Notes: generated from the sequence alone by a model not told the origin. Counted from the stretch's first letter, positions 26,251 through 36,724 are shown. The stretch is 64,000 nucleotides of DNA from Minisyncoccota bacterium (GCA_041389045.1 JAWKSQ010000002.1:23898-87897), one strand, 5' to 3'. Program-made: numbers and translations.

Positions 26251-26283
26251 GTGTCCCAGCCAAGGCTGGGACACTTTCATTTG
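26251..26283 (+). terminator. rho-independent terminator
   Basis: GTGTCCCAGCC-AA-GGCTGGGACAC followed by TTTCATTT. Confidence 0.7.
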
Positions 26284-26469
26284 ACTTCACCTGAACTGAC
26301 GTGCTACATTTTCACGTATGACCACCCGAAGTTTTGTTTACTTTTTCTTCTTTAGTACGCGAGAGCGGGCGGTCTAATTCTGTTTTAGAGATTCGAATTA
26401 CATCCGCCTCCTGGCGGCTTTTTTAATCTCTTTGTTCTTTTTGTTCTTTACAACAACACCGGAGGTCAC

Positions 26470-26940
26470 ATGCTGATGAAAGCAACGAGTTTGATTCTGG
26501 AGAATGTCACCATACCCGCCATTTCCATTGCGAACATGGTCAAAGACCATCAAGCTTTTTTTCAAGATGGTCAACTTATGTTCTTGGGTGACGGTTACCA
26601 TAAGGAACTGGGAGTGGCCGGTAGGTATGTAGTCACCCAAGCCAATAACCTTCTGGCGGAAAGTCTGAAAGGAAACTGGCGTCTTTGTACAGCCCGTGAA
26701 ATAGTTTGGTTGTATATCACATCACAACTGGAAGAGCTGGATACTCTGTATAGTGGAGCCAAAATCCCCACTGACAGCCATGTATATTGGTCAAATCATA
26801 GGTCAAATAGCTTCCGAGCGGTGTTAGTTTTCCTGCGGGACGGACTTATCGATTTCGAAACTTATGACCCAGACTCCTTAGACGACAGGCATAATGCTCT
26901 CTGGATTCAGAGACTGCCCGAGAAAAATGTTCGCGCCTAG
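26470..26940 (+). CDS. hypothetical protein, G+C-rich orphan
   Basis: A GGAGG RBS lies 5 nt before the ATG. 156 aa. A terminator follows at 26952-26986. Confidence 0.6.
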   Translation: MLMKATSLILENVTIPAISIANMVKDHQAFFQDGQLMFLGDGYHKELGVAGRYVVTQANNLLAESLKGNWRLCTAREIVWLYITSQLEELDTLYSGAKIPTDSHVYWSNHRSNSFRAVLVFLRDGLIDFETYDPDSLDDRHNALWIQRLPEKNVRA

Positions 26941-26951
26941 CGCAGAAGCGA

Positions 26952-26986
26952 TCGGCCGTCACACTTGTGTGACGGCCGACTTTTTT
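26952..26986 (+). terminator. rho-independent terminator
   Basis: TCGGCCGTCACAC-TTG-TGTGACGGCCGA followed by CTTTTTT. Confidence 0.85.
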
Positions 26987-27043
26987 GTACTTATCCAAAA
27001 ACTTTTTATATTAAGTTAATGAGTAGCGTATAATGAAATAATC

Positions 27044-27976
27044 ATGAATAAGATCATGCCGTCCCTTGCTGTATCTTTGACGCTGTTTGCTTTTGCTTTT
27101 TTACTCTATTCCATTTCTCTATGGGACACCGCTTGGGCTAGTCCACAACTTACTTACACTTTTCTTATTTTAGGTAGTACCCATTTAGTTTTTAGGGTGT
27201 TGGTCTATTCCCTACTACTCAGACACATTCAATCTGGTCGAGTCAGATATAGTTTAAGCAAAACCCTAACCCTACTGCACTTATTTATTGCTTCACTATT
27301 TATTCTGCGTATCTGGCTCCCTGACTCGACAACTTTATTGGCTGCCTACGGATTTGTCGCTGCCGCGGTCGCTTTTTCAATTCAAGATTTATTCAAAAAC
27401 TTTATTGGTGGAGCGGTTATTTTAGTACGTAGTTTATATAAGGTTGGTGATCGTATCCAGATCGGTGAAACTTACGGTGATATTATCGACATTGGTGTAC
27501 TCTATACCACTCTACTAGAAATCCGTGCCTGGGTCGCCGGCGACCAATCAACTGGTCGCATCATCCGAGTCCCTAACGGAAAAGTCATTACCAGTGACGT
27601 TATCAACTATACGGCTGACCATTCATTTATCTGGGACGAATTACATATACCTGTCACTCACGAAAGTGACTGGCGTAGAGCCGAACAGATCCTTACCGAT
27701 ATCATAAATGAGCTCACTAACGAATTGAACGCTTCCGCCATGGAAGAAATCCGCCATTTGCAATCCAAGTATTTCCTGACTAATGAAAATGTCGATCCGC
27801 ATGTTTACATGGTTATTACCGACAACTGGATTAGTCTCTACGCTCGCTATATCGTGAGTGCTCGTGAGCGCAGAAACGTACAAGACAAAATTATGCGCCA
27901 GATCAAAGACCGCTTCGATAACGAACCTGGAATTATTATTGCTTCCGAAACAACTACTATCACGGTTTCAAAATAA
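27044..27976 (+). CDS. mscS: mechanosensitive ion channel (MscS family)
   Basis: TM helices followed by FSIQDLFKNFIGGAVILVRSLYKVGDRIQIGETYGDIIDIG. Confidence 0.85.
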   Translation: MNKIMPSLAVSLTLFAFAFLLYSISLWDTAWASPQLTYTFLILGSTHLVFRVLVYSLLLRHIQSGRVRYSLSKTLTLLHLFIASLFILRIWLPDSTTLLAAYGFVAAAVAFSIQDLFKNFIGGAVILVRSLYKVGDRIQIGETYGDIIDIGVLYTTLLEIRAWVAGDQSTGRIIRVPNGKVITSDVINYTADHSFIWDELHIPVTHESDWRRAEQILTDIINELTNELNASAMEEIRHLQSKYFLTNENVDPHVYMVITDNWISLYARYIVSARERRNVQDKIMRQIKDRFDNEPGIIIASETTTITVSK

Positions 27977-27978
27977 TT

Positions 27979-29358
27979 ATGTCAAAAGATATCTCACCAT
28001 TTTTTCGTAAACTATTTAATCTTCGTGAAGGAGCCGAAGATAAAGCCACTATTATCGAAAACGTAAAAGACGATGCGGATTTTAGTAGTGCCCGTTTTTG
28101 GACACTGGTCTGTGCCATTGTTGTAGCTTCAGTTGGGCTGAACATCAACTCTGTCCCGGTTGTTATTGGTGCCATGCTTATTTCCCCGCTAACGGGACCA
28201 ATCGTTAGCCTCGGCCTAGCTCTTTCTATTAACGATTGGGGACTAATGCGCAGATCATTACGTAACCTACTCACCTTAATTACTATCAGTATAGTAATCT
28301 CCACCCTCTACTTCGCCCTGTCACCCATTGATAACGCGCAGTCAGAACTACTAGCCCGTATAAAACCAACTATTTTTGACGTCCTTATTGCTATCTTTGG
28401 TGGTGTAGCTGGCTTTATTGGTATCAGTCGCGCCAGACACAGCAACATCATTCCTGGTGTAGCTATTGCCACCGCTATCATGCCACCACTTTGTACAGTT
28501 GGTTATGGTATTGGTACTCTGCAACCACAATTCATTTTTGGTGCTTTTTATCTTTTCTTAATTAACTGTATCTTTATTTGTCTATCTGCTTTAGTGGTCG
28601 CTTCATACATGAAACTACCCAAGCGTGACTACCCTGAACCCGAAAAGAAGTTACGCGTGAAAAGAATTATCACCTTAATTATATTAGTGATTGTTAGTCC
28701 AGCGATTTACTTGGCCTTTACTTTCGTCGACCAGAATAATTTTTACTTAAACGCCGAAAACTTTCTACAAACCACTTTTACCAATAACGGTCACGTCATT
28801 ATCTACCAAAATCTCAAGTATGAGTCGAACCAAAACACTATCGAAGTAGCATTTTTGTCTGACCATTTTTCCGACAGTGAAATTGCTGACTTTGAAGCCA
28901 GATTACCAAATTTTAATCTCAAGAAAACCAAACTTATTATTCGCCAAAACGGTTATTCTTTGACTGAAGAAGATTGGCAAGAGGCTCTAAGTAACATCAG
29001 AAGTACCACAGAAGCTACTAAAGTCTTTGACGCCAAACTAGCCTCAGAACTAGAGAAGAAACGTAACCCTAACCAACTACTCACAGAACTACAGGCTTTA
29101 AATCCAAACATTGCTAGCGTCTCAATCGGTACACTTGAAACTAGCGAATCTAACCCAGGTGATAACAAAAAAACTACTAACATCATCTTCGTCTACACCG
29201 GAGAAAAAAGTAAAGTCCTAGGAAAAGATGAAGCTGGACGGATTAGTGACTGGCTAAGAGTGAGGCTAGAAGATCCGTCTCTTATCGTACACTTCAACCC
29301 CTTAACCCAAAGAGAAATGCTGGGCGGGTCAGGAGAAATACTTAAGGTGCGAGAATAA
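27979..29358 (+). CDS. DUF389-type integral membrane protein
   Basis: Contains GAMLISPLTGPI and repeated hydrophobic blocks. The C-terminal domain is soluble. Confidence 0.65.
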   Translation: MSKDISPFFRKLFNLREGAEDKATIIENVKDDADFSSARFWTLVCAIVVASVGLNINSVPVVIGAMLISPLTGPIVSLGLALSINDWGLMRRSLRNLLTLITISIVISTLYFALSPIDNAQSELLARIKPTIFDVLIAIFGGVAGFIGISRARHSNIIPGVAIATAIMPPLCTVGYGIGTLQPQFIFGAFYLFLINCIFICLSALVVASYMKLPKRDYPEPEKKLRVKRIITLIILVIVSPAIYLAFTFVDQNNFYLNAENFLQTTFTNNGHVIIYQNLKYESNQNTIEVAFLSDHFSDSEIADFEARLPNFNLKKTKLIIRQNGYSLTEEDWQEALSNIRSTTEATKVFDAKLASELEKKRNPNQLLTELQALNPNIASVSIGTLETSESNPGDNKKTTNIIFVYTGEKSKVLGKDEAGRISDWLRVRLEDPSLIVHFNPLTQREMLGGSGEILKVRE

Positions 29359-29397
29359 CAAAAGCCGGACGACTCGTAGAGTCGTCCGGCTTTTGTT
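29357..29397. terminator. bidirectional terminator
   Basis: AACAAAAGCCGGACGACTC-GTA-GAGTCGTCCGGCTTTTGTT. Confidence 0.85.
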
Positions 29398-29408
29398 ATT
29401 TAGTGATC

Positions 29409-32099
29409 TTATGCAGCTACCGCCACTTTCTCTTTCCTAACTCCCTTGGCTTTACCTTTATTTTGCTTTTTCACGTCAAAGACTAATTCGCCTTTCTTGA
29501 GTGAAACTGACACCGAGCCTTTTTGTAACATACCTTCTCCAACCATCATGTTAGCGACCGGTGTAAGTATCTTACTTTGAATCAGTCGCTTGAGTGGTCT
29601 AGCGCCAAACTTCGGATCATAGCCTTCACGAGCCAGATAAGCATGAACCTCATCCGAAACAGTGAGCGCAATATCCTTCTTTTCTAAGCGCTTGCGTACA
29701 TCCTCTAACTGAATTTGTACGATACTACTAATCGTTTCTGGAGAAAGAATATCGAAGATGATAATTTCATCGAGGCGATTGATAAATTCTGGGCGGAAAA
29801 ATAACTTAAGACTTTCCATCACTTTATCCTTTGCCTGCACATACTGTGCCACCACACCCTTATCTGCCGTAAAACCAAAGTTGGACATACGGTCGATGTG
29901 TTCAGCACCGATGTTGGAAGTAAGGATAATAACTGTGTTACGGAAATTTACCTTGCGACCCTTGGCGTCAGTCAGATGCCCAGAGTCTAGGACTTGGAGA
30001 AGGATATTAAAGACTTCTGGATGAGCCTTTTCGATTTCATCGAGCAAGATGACTGAGTATGGGCGATGACGAACTCGTTCAGTAATTGAACCACCTTCTT
30101 CATGTCCAACATATCCTGGTGGCGAACCGATTATTTTTGAAACGGAATGCTTCTCCATAAACTCAGACATATCAATTCGCAAAAGCGCGTCCGGATCATT
30201 GAACATAAACTCCGCTAAGGCCTTTGAGAGCTCAGTCTTACCTACACCAGTTGGCCCCAGAAACAGGAACGACCCTATTGGTCGATTAGGATCGGCAATC
30301 CCAGCTCTAGAACGCTTAATGGCGTCAGAAATAAGTTTAATGGCGTGATTTTGACCAATGACTTTTTCTTGTAGCTTTTCTTCCATACGAGCCAACTTCA
30401 TTGCCTCAGCTTCCAGCATGCGCGACACGGGAATACCAGTCCAACGAGAAACTACGCTAGCAATATCTTCTTCTGTCACCTCTTCTTTAAGTAGTCTCCT
30501 ACTGCGCTGAAGTTTCTTTAGTCGCTTCATTTTGTCGTCCAAATTCTTTTGTGTGGCCGGAATGAGGTCGTAGCGAATCTCTGCGGCTCTAGTCAAATCC
30601 GCCATCGCCTCAGCCGTTTCGGCTTCGACTCTAAGTTCTTCAAGCTCTTTCTTTAACTTACTGATTTCCCCCAGAGCCGATTTTTCGTTTATCCATTTTG
30701 TTTCAATGGCCGAAGTGGTTTCCTTCAGTTCACCAATCTCTGCCTCAATCTCTTTAATACGATCACGAATCTTTTTCTTATTGTCTGAGACCTCTACTTC
30801 TTTACGTAGAGCTTCTCGTTCAATTTCTAGCCGGCGTACTTTACGATCTGACATGACTAACTCTTCTGGTTTATTCTCTAGCGAAATCCGTAGAGCCGAC
30901 GCTGCCTCGTCGATTAAGTCCACCGCCTTGTCAGGCAAGAAACGATCAGAAATATAGCGAGAAGATAAATTCACTGCTGACACAATCGCATCATCGGTGA
31001 TACGCACCCCGTGAAATAGCTCGTACTTTTCTGATAGTCCGCGCAAAATAGCTACCGTATCTTCTGGGGACGGCTCATTTACAAACACTGGTTGGAAACG
31101 CCTAGTTAGAGCTGGGTCACGTTCAATATGCTTTTGGTATTCTTTGAGGGTCGTAGCGCCAATCACCCGAATTTCTCCACGCGCTAGAGCTGGTTTCAGC
31201 ATATTTGAAGCGTCCATTGAGCCTTCTGCTTGTCCAGCCCCGACAATGGTGTGTAGTTCATCGATAAACAAAATAATGTTCCCAGCTGAGCTTTCAACCT
31301 CTTTCATGACTGCCTTTAGTCTCTCTTCAAATTCACCACGGAACTTAGTACCAGCTACTAACAGCCCTAAATCAAGTGACAGGATTTCTTTTTCCTTCAC
31401 TGACTCGGGAACTTGACCAAGCACAATTTGCTGGGCCAAGCCTTCGGCAATCGCTGTCTTTCCCACCCCTGCTTCACCGATTAGGACTGGATTGTTCTTG
31501 GTCCGACGAGACAATATCTGGATGACTCTTTGAATCTCCACATCTCGTCCAATCACTGGATCTAGTTTATTGTCCTGAGCTAACTTAGTGAGGTTTCTAG
31601 TGTACTTAGTGAGTGCACGATACTTCTTAGGTGACTGAGCGTCAGTAATATTGTGTTCACGAATCTCCTTAATAGTTGACTCGACTTTTTCTTTATTAAC
31701 TGTCATGCGCTTAATGACATCAGCAGCTGGTCCAGGATGTTCCAAGACCGCCACAAACAAGTGTTCCACCCCCACATAGGCGTCACCCATTTGTTCAGCA
31801 AAACGTCCAGAGTACTCAAGAGCCTTAGCTAGTTCTGGTGTGAGGTAAAGCTGGTACGAAGGCGAAATGGTTGTTTGCATCTCCTCCACCTCAAGCGCTT
31901 CTAGTAGTAAGTCTGTAAAGGCGATGACATCAATATCCAATCTATCCAAAATAGATATAACAGTACTCTCATCTTGCATCGACAAAGCAGTCAACAGGTG
32001 TACTGGATTGACATGATTTTGACCACGTTCTATTGCTAGTTCATGGGCTTTTCGGATCGCTTCCTTGGCTTTCGATGTAAAATTTTGAAAATTAGGCAT
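29409..32099 (-). CDS. clpB: ATP-dependent chaperone ClpB
   Basis: Clp N-domain, two AAA modules (GEAGVGKTA and GPTGVGKTE), and a long coiled-coil middle domain. Confidence 0.95.
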   Translation of the reverse strand: MPNFQNFTSKAKEAIRKAHELAIERGQNHVNPVHLLTALSMQDESTVISILDRLDIDVIAFTDLLLEALEVEEMQTTISPSYQLYLTPELAKALEYSGRFAEQMGDAYVGVEHLFVAVLEHPGPAADVIKRMTVNKEKVESTIKEIREHNITDAQSPKKYRALTKYTRNLTKLAQDNKLDPVIGRDVEIQRVIQILSRRTKNNPVLIGEAGVGKTAIAEGLAQQIVLGQVPESVKEKEILSLDLGLLVAGTKFRGEFEERLKAVMKEVESSAGNIILFIDELHTIVGAGQAEGSMDASNMLKPALARGEIRVIGATTLKEYQKHIERDPALTRRFQPVFVNEPSPEDTVAILRGLSEKYELFHGVRITDDAIVSAVNLSSRYISDRFLPDKAVDLIDEAASALRISLENKPEELVMSDRKVRRLEIEREALRKEVEVSDNKKKIRDRIKEIEAEIGELKETTSAIETKWINEKSALGEISKLKKELEELRVEAETAEAMADLTRAAEIRYDLIPATQKNLDDKMKRLKKLQRSRRLLKEEVTEEDIASVVSRWTGIPVSRMLEAEAMKLARMEEKLQEKVIGQNHAIKLISDAIKRSRAGIADPNRPIGSFLFLGPTGVGKTELSKALAEFMFNDPDALLRIDMSEFMEKHSVSKIIGSPPGYVGHEEGGSITERVRHRPYSVILLDEIEKAHPEVFNILLQVLDSGHLTDAKGRKVNFRNTVIILTSNIGAEHIDRMSNFGFTADKGVVAQYVQAKDKVMESLKLFFRPEFINRLDEIIIFDILSPETISSIVQIQLEDVRKRLEKKDIALTVSDEVHAYLAREGYDPKFGARPLKRLIQSKILTPVANMMVGEGMLQKGSVSVSLKKGELVFDVKKQNKGKAKGVRKEKVAVAA

Positions 32100-32210
32100 A
32101 GGTAAAATCAATTATACGTGAACGAGACCACTCAGTCATAAACAGCATGTGGTAAAGATTAATTCAGGCAGTAATGTCCGTCTCGCATTTGCTATATTGC
32201 AACGAAAAAC

Positions 32211-32756
32211 TTATCGAGTCAATGTTTTCATTTTCTGACAGAAGTCAGTCAGCACAACCACGACTTTTTGAAGATCTTTTTTACTGGTTTTTTCACTAAG
32301 AGATAAGCGGATAGTTGCAGTAGCTCGTTGCTTATCCTTGGTCATGACTGCTACTACATGACTCAGTCCCCCTCCCGCTCCGGCACAAGCACTCTTGGTA
32401 CTAGCGGAGATGTCGTGTGAATCCAAAAAGACTACCGCGTATTCAGTGTCAAAGCCAGGCAGAGAAATATTTATATTATTTGCTAGTCGCTCTGTCCCTA
32501 CTGGACCATTAAGGACCGCTCCTGGCACCTGACTTAAAATATTTGCCATGGCTTCATCTCTCACTTTCTGCACCTTCAGAGCTCGCTTCTCGTAGGAAGC
32601 TTGGGCTAAAGATAAAGCCACAGCCGTACCAACTATTCCAGGCACATTCTCGGTCCCTGGTCTAAGTCCCCCTTCCTGTCCACCACCATAAGTAATCGGT
32701 GCAAAATCACTCAGTCTGCGAGAAGCTAATATCCCTATCCTTTTGGACCATGACAC
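32211..32756 (-). CDS. cysteine desulfurase (NifS/IscS-like), C-terminal fragment
   Basis: Contains GGGQEGGLRPGTENV and STKSACAG. It is joined to the middle fragment by a 1-nt indel near 32736-32746 (HGPKG|IGILA). Confidence 0.8.
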   Translation of the reverse strand: MSWSKRIGILASRRLSDFAPITYGGGQEGGLRPGTENVPGIVGTAVALSLAQASYEKRALKVQKVRDEAMANILSQVPGAVLNGPVGTERLANNINISLPGFDTEYAVVFLDSHDISASTKSACAGAGGGLSHVVAVMTKDKQRATATIRLSLSEKTSKKDLQKVVVVLTDFCQKMKTLTR

Positions 32757-33046
32757 TTACCAGCATCTAGCGCCATACTGTCGACACCGAGTTTGGCAAA
32801 AGCACAAGGAAGCCAGAGCGGAGCCTGCGCAGCATCTAGGTGAACTGAAATAGTTACTGAGTTTTTCTGGGCAAAATTTCTAATTACCCTCGTGAGTCGC
32901 GAGACGGGTTGCACTGTACCAACTTCACTATTGGCATAAGCCAATACCACCAGCACAGTTCGTGATGACAAGACTTTTTCCAAAGCTGGTATCGTAATAA
33001 GACCCACCTCATCCACCGCGACAAACTTTATTTTTACACCGAGCAT
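32735..33046 (-). CDS. cysteine desulfurase, middle fragment
   Basis: Contains LAYANSEVGTVQP and DAAQA...ALDAGKCHGPKG, which is the PLP-lysine region. Confidence 0.8.
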   Translation of the reverse strand: MLGVKIKFVAVDEVGLITIPALEKVLSSRTVLVVLAYANSEVGTVQPVSRLTRVIRNFAQKNSVTISVHLDAAQAPLWLPCAFAKLGVDSMALDAGKCHGPKG

Positions 33047-33414
33047 TTTAGCTTTGGCAAAAGTGACAAAATAGAAGGATGTTCAATTTCCGTTGTCACA
33101 ATCTCCATCTCTGTATACTTTTTCCCTGACGCTTTTAATTTTTCTATATAACCAAGTATGGCCAAATTGTTACTTTCAGTTCCACTACCGGTAAAAATCA
33201 CTCCGCTACTTTTAATCCCTAGTACAGTCGCCACTTCTTGCCTTGCCTCTTCCACCGCCAGGCGAGCTACCTGACCTTCTTTATGTATCGCACTTGGATT
33301 ACCAAAATTACTGGTGAAGTAAGGTTTCATCTTTGACAAAACCTTCGGATCAACTGGTGTAGCGGCAGCATTATCGAGGTAAATTCGCTTTTTTGGCTCG
33401 AGTTTTTTAGACAT
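33034..33414 (-). CDS. cysteine desulfurase, N-terminal fragment
   Basis: Contains IYLDNAAATPVDPKV, FGNPSAIH and TGSGTESNN. A frameshift lies at the T4/A4 run 33046-33049. Confidence 0.8.
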   Translation of the reverse strand: MSKKLEPKKRIYLDNAAATPVDPKVLSKMKPYFTSNFGNPSAIHKEGQVARLAVEEARQEVATVLGIKSSGVIFTGSGTESNNLAILGYIEKLKASGKKYTEMEIVTTEIEHPSILSLLPKLKCSV

Positions 33415-33519
33415 GACAAAAATCATGACATAGCGTGTCAAATATGTAAATCTCTGCTATACTCGCAGTACTTTTAATTATCAGCGCGCCTGAGTAGGCG
33501 TTTTTACGTATTACTACTT

Positions 33520-35019
33520 ATGAAAAAAGCAAAACCCGTCAAATCAAACATCATCAAGCGTCCACCGGTCGTCGTGGTTATGGGTCATATTGACCATGGC
33601 AAATCCTCTCTCCTGGACTATATACGCAAAAGTAATAGTGTCGCTGGCGAAGCTGGTGGCATTACTCAACACCTCTCTGCCTATGTCGCTAGCCATACTA
33701 CTAAGGAAGGTCAGAAAGAAACTATCACTTTCCTAGACACCCCTGGTCATGCCGCCTTCCAAAAGATGCGCCTACGTGGCGCTGACGTCGCTGACGTGGC
33801 TATTTTAGTAGTTTCAGCCGAAGACGGCGTGAAGCCACAGACTCTGGAGGCTTTAGAGTCTATCAAGCAAGCAAATATTCCGATGATTGTGGCTATCAAC
33901 AAAATCGACAAACCCGCTGCTGATATTCCTCGTACCCAATCTAGTCTCATCGAAAACGAAATCTACATTGAAGGGATGGGCGGAGACATTCCGTGGGCAC
34001 CAATCTCAGCCAAAACTGGCGAGGGTATAGACGACTTACTAGACTTAGTTGTCCTAACGGCCGACCTAGCGGAACTTAAAGGTGACGAATCAGCTCCAGC
34101 GGTTGGGCAGATTATTGAAGGTAAACTCGACGCCAAGCGTGGTAATACCGCCACCCTACTGATTACTGACGGGACTCTGCGAAGTGGCATGTTTATTGTT
34201 TCTGGCACAGCTTTTGCTCCCGTCCGGATTATGGAGGATTTCCTTGGCAAACCACTCAAGGAAGCTAGCCTATCTACTCCAGTAGGAATTGTTGGTTTTA
34301 ATGAAATCCCTAAAGTGGGCGCCAAGTTCCATACTGTCACTAGCAAGAAAGAGGCTGAGTCAGCGGTCGCTGAAGCCTCTCTAGCTATCGTGGCACCAGA
34401 ACGAGTCAAGTCTACCTTGCCAACTATCCCAATTCTGATTAAAGCGGACGTACTTGGTACTATCGAAGCAATTGAACATGAACTACAGAAGTTCACTTCT
34501 GAGCGAATTGCGGTTCGCGTGATTGGTAAAGGGGTTGGTGACATCACTTCCAATGATATTCAGAATGTTAGTGCGACCAAAGACTCGATTGTGGTTGGTT
34601 TTAATGTGAAAGTGGAAAGACAAGCCGCTGAATTAGCCGAAAGACTAGGTGTTGAGATTGATACTTTTTCGATTATCTACGAACTATCTGACTGGCTAAA
34701 TACCGCTCTCAAGAATCGCACCCCGAAAATTGAAGAGATGGTTAAAACCGGTAAGGTTAAAATCATCCGACACTTTAGTACCCAAAAGTACACCCACGTA
34801 CTTGGTGGACGAGTAGAAGAAGGTCACATCATGATGAATCAACGAGTTAAAATCTTCCGTCGTGATATTGAGATTGGTAAAGGCGTGATCAAGAACCTGC
34901 AACAACAAAAATCTGACGTCCAAAAAATTGACGAGGGTGAATTTGGTATGCAACTAGAAACCAAAACGGAAATCGCTCCTGGTGATTACTTAGAACCATA
35001 CGACTTAACTATTACCTAG
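33520..35019 (+). CDS. infB: translation initiation factor IF-2 (short form)
   Basis: Contains PPVVVVMGHIDHGKSSLLD, DTPGH and NKID, followed by the IF-2 C-terminal domains. Confidence 0.95.
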   Translation: MKKAKPVKSNIIKRPPVVVVMGHIDHGKSSLLDYIRKSNSVAGEAGGITQHLSAYVASHTTKEGQKETITFLDTPGHAAFQKMRLRGADVADVAILVVSAEDGVKPQTLEALESIKQANIPMIVAINKIDKPAADIPRTQSSLIENEIYIEGMGGDIPWAPISAKTGEGIDDLLDLVVLTADLAELKGDESAPAVGQIIEGKLDAKRGNTATLLITDGTLRSGMFIVSGTAFAPVRIMEDFLGKPLKEASLSTPVGIVGFNEIPKVGAKFHTVTSKKEAESAVAEASLAIVAPERVKSTLPTIPILIKADVLGTIEAIEHELQKFTSERIAVRVIGKGVGDITSNDIQNVSATKDSIVVGFNVKVERQAAELAERLGVEIDTFSIIYELSDWLNTALKNRTPKIEEMVKTGKVKIIRHFSTQKYTHVLGGRVEEGHIMMNQRVKIFRRDIEIGKGVIKNLQQQKSDVQKIDEGEFGMQLETKTEIAPGDYLEPYDLTIT

Positions 35020-35025
35020 TCACTT

Positions 35026-35361
35026 ATGTCAGACAGACACATTAGAGTTGAATCCTTACTGCGCGAACTAATTGCTGCTTTTGTACAGCAGGAAGCCAAC
35101 GCTGACCCCATGATCACTATTACCAGGACTGCCTCTGCCCCTGACTATCGTCGCGTCACGGTCTTTTTCACTACCATTCCTGATGGTCGTGAAATTGACG
35201 CCTTAAACTTTCTTAAGCGCACCGGTAGTGAACTGCGAGGTTATATCAAGAAAAAAAGTAATCTAAAGATTATTCCCTTTTTAGAATTTAGTGTGGACTA
35301 TGGTGAAAAACACCGTCAACACATTGATGAAATAGCTAAAGAGATTGACGATACAAAATAG
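35026..35361 (+). CDS. rbfA: ribosome-binding factor A
   Basis: 111 aa located immediately after infB, with an RbfA-like pattern (RVESLLRELIA...ITITRTASAPDYRRVTVFF). Confidence 0.8.
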   Translation: MSDRHIRVESLLRELIAAFVQQEANADPMITITRTASAPDYRRVTVFFTTIPDGREIDALNFLKRTGSELRGYIKKKSNLKIIPFLEFSVDYGEKHRQHIDEIAKEIDDTK

Positions 35362-35425
35362 TTTGTACTAAGTGGGTTTTGTTTTAAGGGTCTAAAGATG
35401 GTAAAGTAGTGCGTACAGAAATTAA

Positions 35426-35497
35426 GTCCTGGTGGCGAAGTGGTTAACGCTCGCGGTTTGCAAAACCGCCACACGTGGGTTCGACTCACTCAGGACT
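35426..35497 (+). tRNA. tRNA-Cys(GCA), T arm non-canonical
   Basis: GTCCTGG...GCGGT TTGCAAA ACCGC...GTGGGTTCGACTCAC TCAGGAC T. The T loop appears 2 nt short. Confidence 0.6.
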
Positions 35498-35526
35498 CAC
35501 GAAATAGAAGCCTTGGCTTTTATTTC

Positions 35527-35699
35527 GTGAGTCCTGGAGCAATGCGCCTGCGCGCATTGCGGGTGGGAGTCGAACAGCGGAGTCATGTTGGGGCTTTTCA
35601 TTAAGCCTCAACAGACGAGCTGCGTCCAGCGTACTTATGAGCGTAAGCGAATTAGTAAAAGCGGGACGACTCCAAGTGACCGACTCCCATTAGGGACAG
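35527..35699 (+). repeat. tRNA-linked mosaic structured repeat, unit D (divergent core)
   Basis: GTGAGTCCTG (35527-36) is the reverse complement of the tRNA-Cys end CAGGACTCAC. The hairpin GCAATGCGC-CTG-CGCGCATTGC follows, then GGGAGTCGAAC. The core is GCGGAGTCATGTT[GGGGCTT..AAGCCTC]...GTACTTATGAGCGTAAGCGAATTAGTAAAAGCGGGACGACTCCAAGTGACC. Confidence 0.7.
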
Positions 35700-35721
35700 G
35701 GTTAGCTTATAGCCTACCCAT

Positions 35722-35804
35722 GCCCAGATGGTGTAATTGGTAGCCACGCAAGACTTAAAATTTTGTGTCACAAGGCCGTGCGGGTTCAATTCCCGCTCTG
35801 GGCA
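35722..35804 (+). tRNA. tRNA-Leu(TAA)
   Basis: GCCCAGA...CAAGA CTTAAAA TTTTG, a long variable arm, GCGGG TTCAATT CCCGC, TCTGGGC A. Confidence 0.9.
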
Positions 35805-35847
35805 CCTATAGAAGTAAACAACCACCGGACTTAGGTCCGGTGGCTTT

Positions 35848-36450
35848 GGTTCATCCTAGTCGGATGAACCATCTGCCGGCTTAAGCCGGCTGATCTGTAG
35901 TTGCTAGGAGATTAGTTTGTTAAATAGTGATGGTTGATCAACTTGATTATGATGATCTTGATGCTTCACGTACCGACGGATAATCATTTCATCTAGACCG
36001 ATCGTAGAGACGAAATAACCTCTGGCCCAGAGTGATTCTTTTTCATAGAGACCATGAGCACGTTTTATTTTCTTCTTCATCCAAGCTGAGCTTTTACCTT
36101 TAATTATTTGCATCAGGTACGAGACTGAATCCCTCGGAGAAGCACTCAGTATTAAGTGGATATGATCATCTTGGATGTTTAGTTCGATTATTTCCCAGTG
36201 TCTGTATTTAGTGATTGATTCAAAAGTACGTCTCAATTCATCTTTAACCTTTTGTGGTCCTAGTACCTTGCCTCGGTATTTTGGAGTCCAGACGAGATGG
36301 TATTTCATCTCGTAGTAACAATGTGCTAGTGTTTTAATGGTAGGTTTGCGCATACGTATTTAGTTATTACTAAAGCCAGTTGGGCGTCACCGGCTTTAGT
36401 ATATCTGTTGCCTTCAACGTACTCTCTGGCTGAAGCCGGAGGTTTTTAGA
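35848..36450 (-). mobile_element. IS200-type insertion sequence (approximate ends)
   Basis: A single Y1 transposase gene is flanked by subterminal hairpins of related sequence: GCCGGCTTAAGCCGGC (35875-35890) and GGCTGAAGCCGG (36431-36442). Further hairpins are GGTTCATCC..GGATGAACC and TACTAAAGCC..GGCTTTAGTA. The exact ends were not determined. Confidence 0.6.
35904..36353 (-). CDS. tnpA: IS200/IS605 family Y1 (HUH) transposase TnpA
   Basis: Contains YHLVWTPKYRGKVL, HUH (DHIHLIL) and the catalytic-Tyr region WARGYFVSTIG. Confidence 0.95.
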   Translation of the reverse strand: MRKPTIKTLAHCYYEMKYHLVWTPKYRGKVLGPQKVKDELRRTFESITKYRHWEIIELNIQDDHIHLILSASPRDSVSYLMQIIKGKSSAWMKKKIKRAHGLYEKESLWARGYFVSTIGLDEMIIRRYVKHQDHHNQVDQPSLFNKLIS

Positions 36451-36489
36451 TAATAAAACAACCAGCTAAAAGCTGGTTGTTTTATTTCA

Positions 36490-36619
36490 GGTGCCCAGAG
36501 CGGGAATTGAAAGGCGGAGCGATGTGAGCTTGCGAACCAGCGAGCCGGGGTCGAGAACACTTAGTTGATTTGGAGTCGAAGACGAACAAATCTACTTAGT
36601 GATTCGTGACCAATTCCCG
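36490..36619 (+). repeat. tRNA-linked mosaic structured repeat, unit E
   Basis: GGTGCCCAGAGCGGGAATTGAA (36490-36511) is the perfect 22-nt reverse complement of the tRNA-Leu(TAA) end (35785-35806). The core is GCGGAGCGATGTGAGCTTGCGAACCAGCGAGCCGGGGTCGAGAACACTTAGTTGATTTGGAGTCGAAGACGAACAAATCTACTTAGTGATTCGTGACC, followed by AATTCCCG. Confidence 0.85.
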
Positions 36620-36630
36620 TGTATTGCTAG

Positions 36631-36724
36631 CGGGAATTGAAGAGGTTAGTCAGATACCTTAGGAACACTTGGACTAAAGTATCGACAACCTGTACTGAAC
36701 TCGTAGAGTTCAATTCCCTACCAC
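36631..36724 (+). repeat. degenerate second unit E2
   Basis: CGGGAATTGAA ... GAACACTTGGACTAAAGTATCGACAACCTGTACTGAACTCGTAGAG ... TTCAATTCCCTACCAC. The E+E2 block is bracketed by the 19-nt exact direct repeat AGCTGGTTGTTTTATTTCA (36471-36489 and 36730-36748). Confidence 0.6.

Noticed and set aside
33963-34553. A 196-aa ORF lies antisense within infB. Many other antisense ORFs lie inside topA, clpB, gyrA, rpsA, ftsZ and the 39.6-41.6 kb and 60-62 kb genes.
   Set aside because: They lie wholly inside well-supported conserved genes on the other strand, and they are rich in Ser, Arg, Pro and Ala as expected from antisense translation.
36490-36511. The anti-3'-end segments read as retroviral-type primer-binding sites, proving a retroelement.
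   Set aside because: No reverse transcriptase is present in the window. The segments do not consistently include a CCA complement, and they sit in the same transcript as the tRNA. The idea is kept only as a hypothesis under finding 1.
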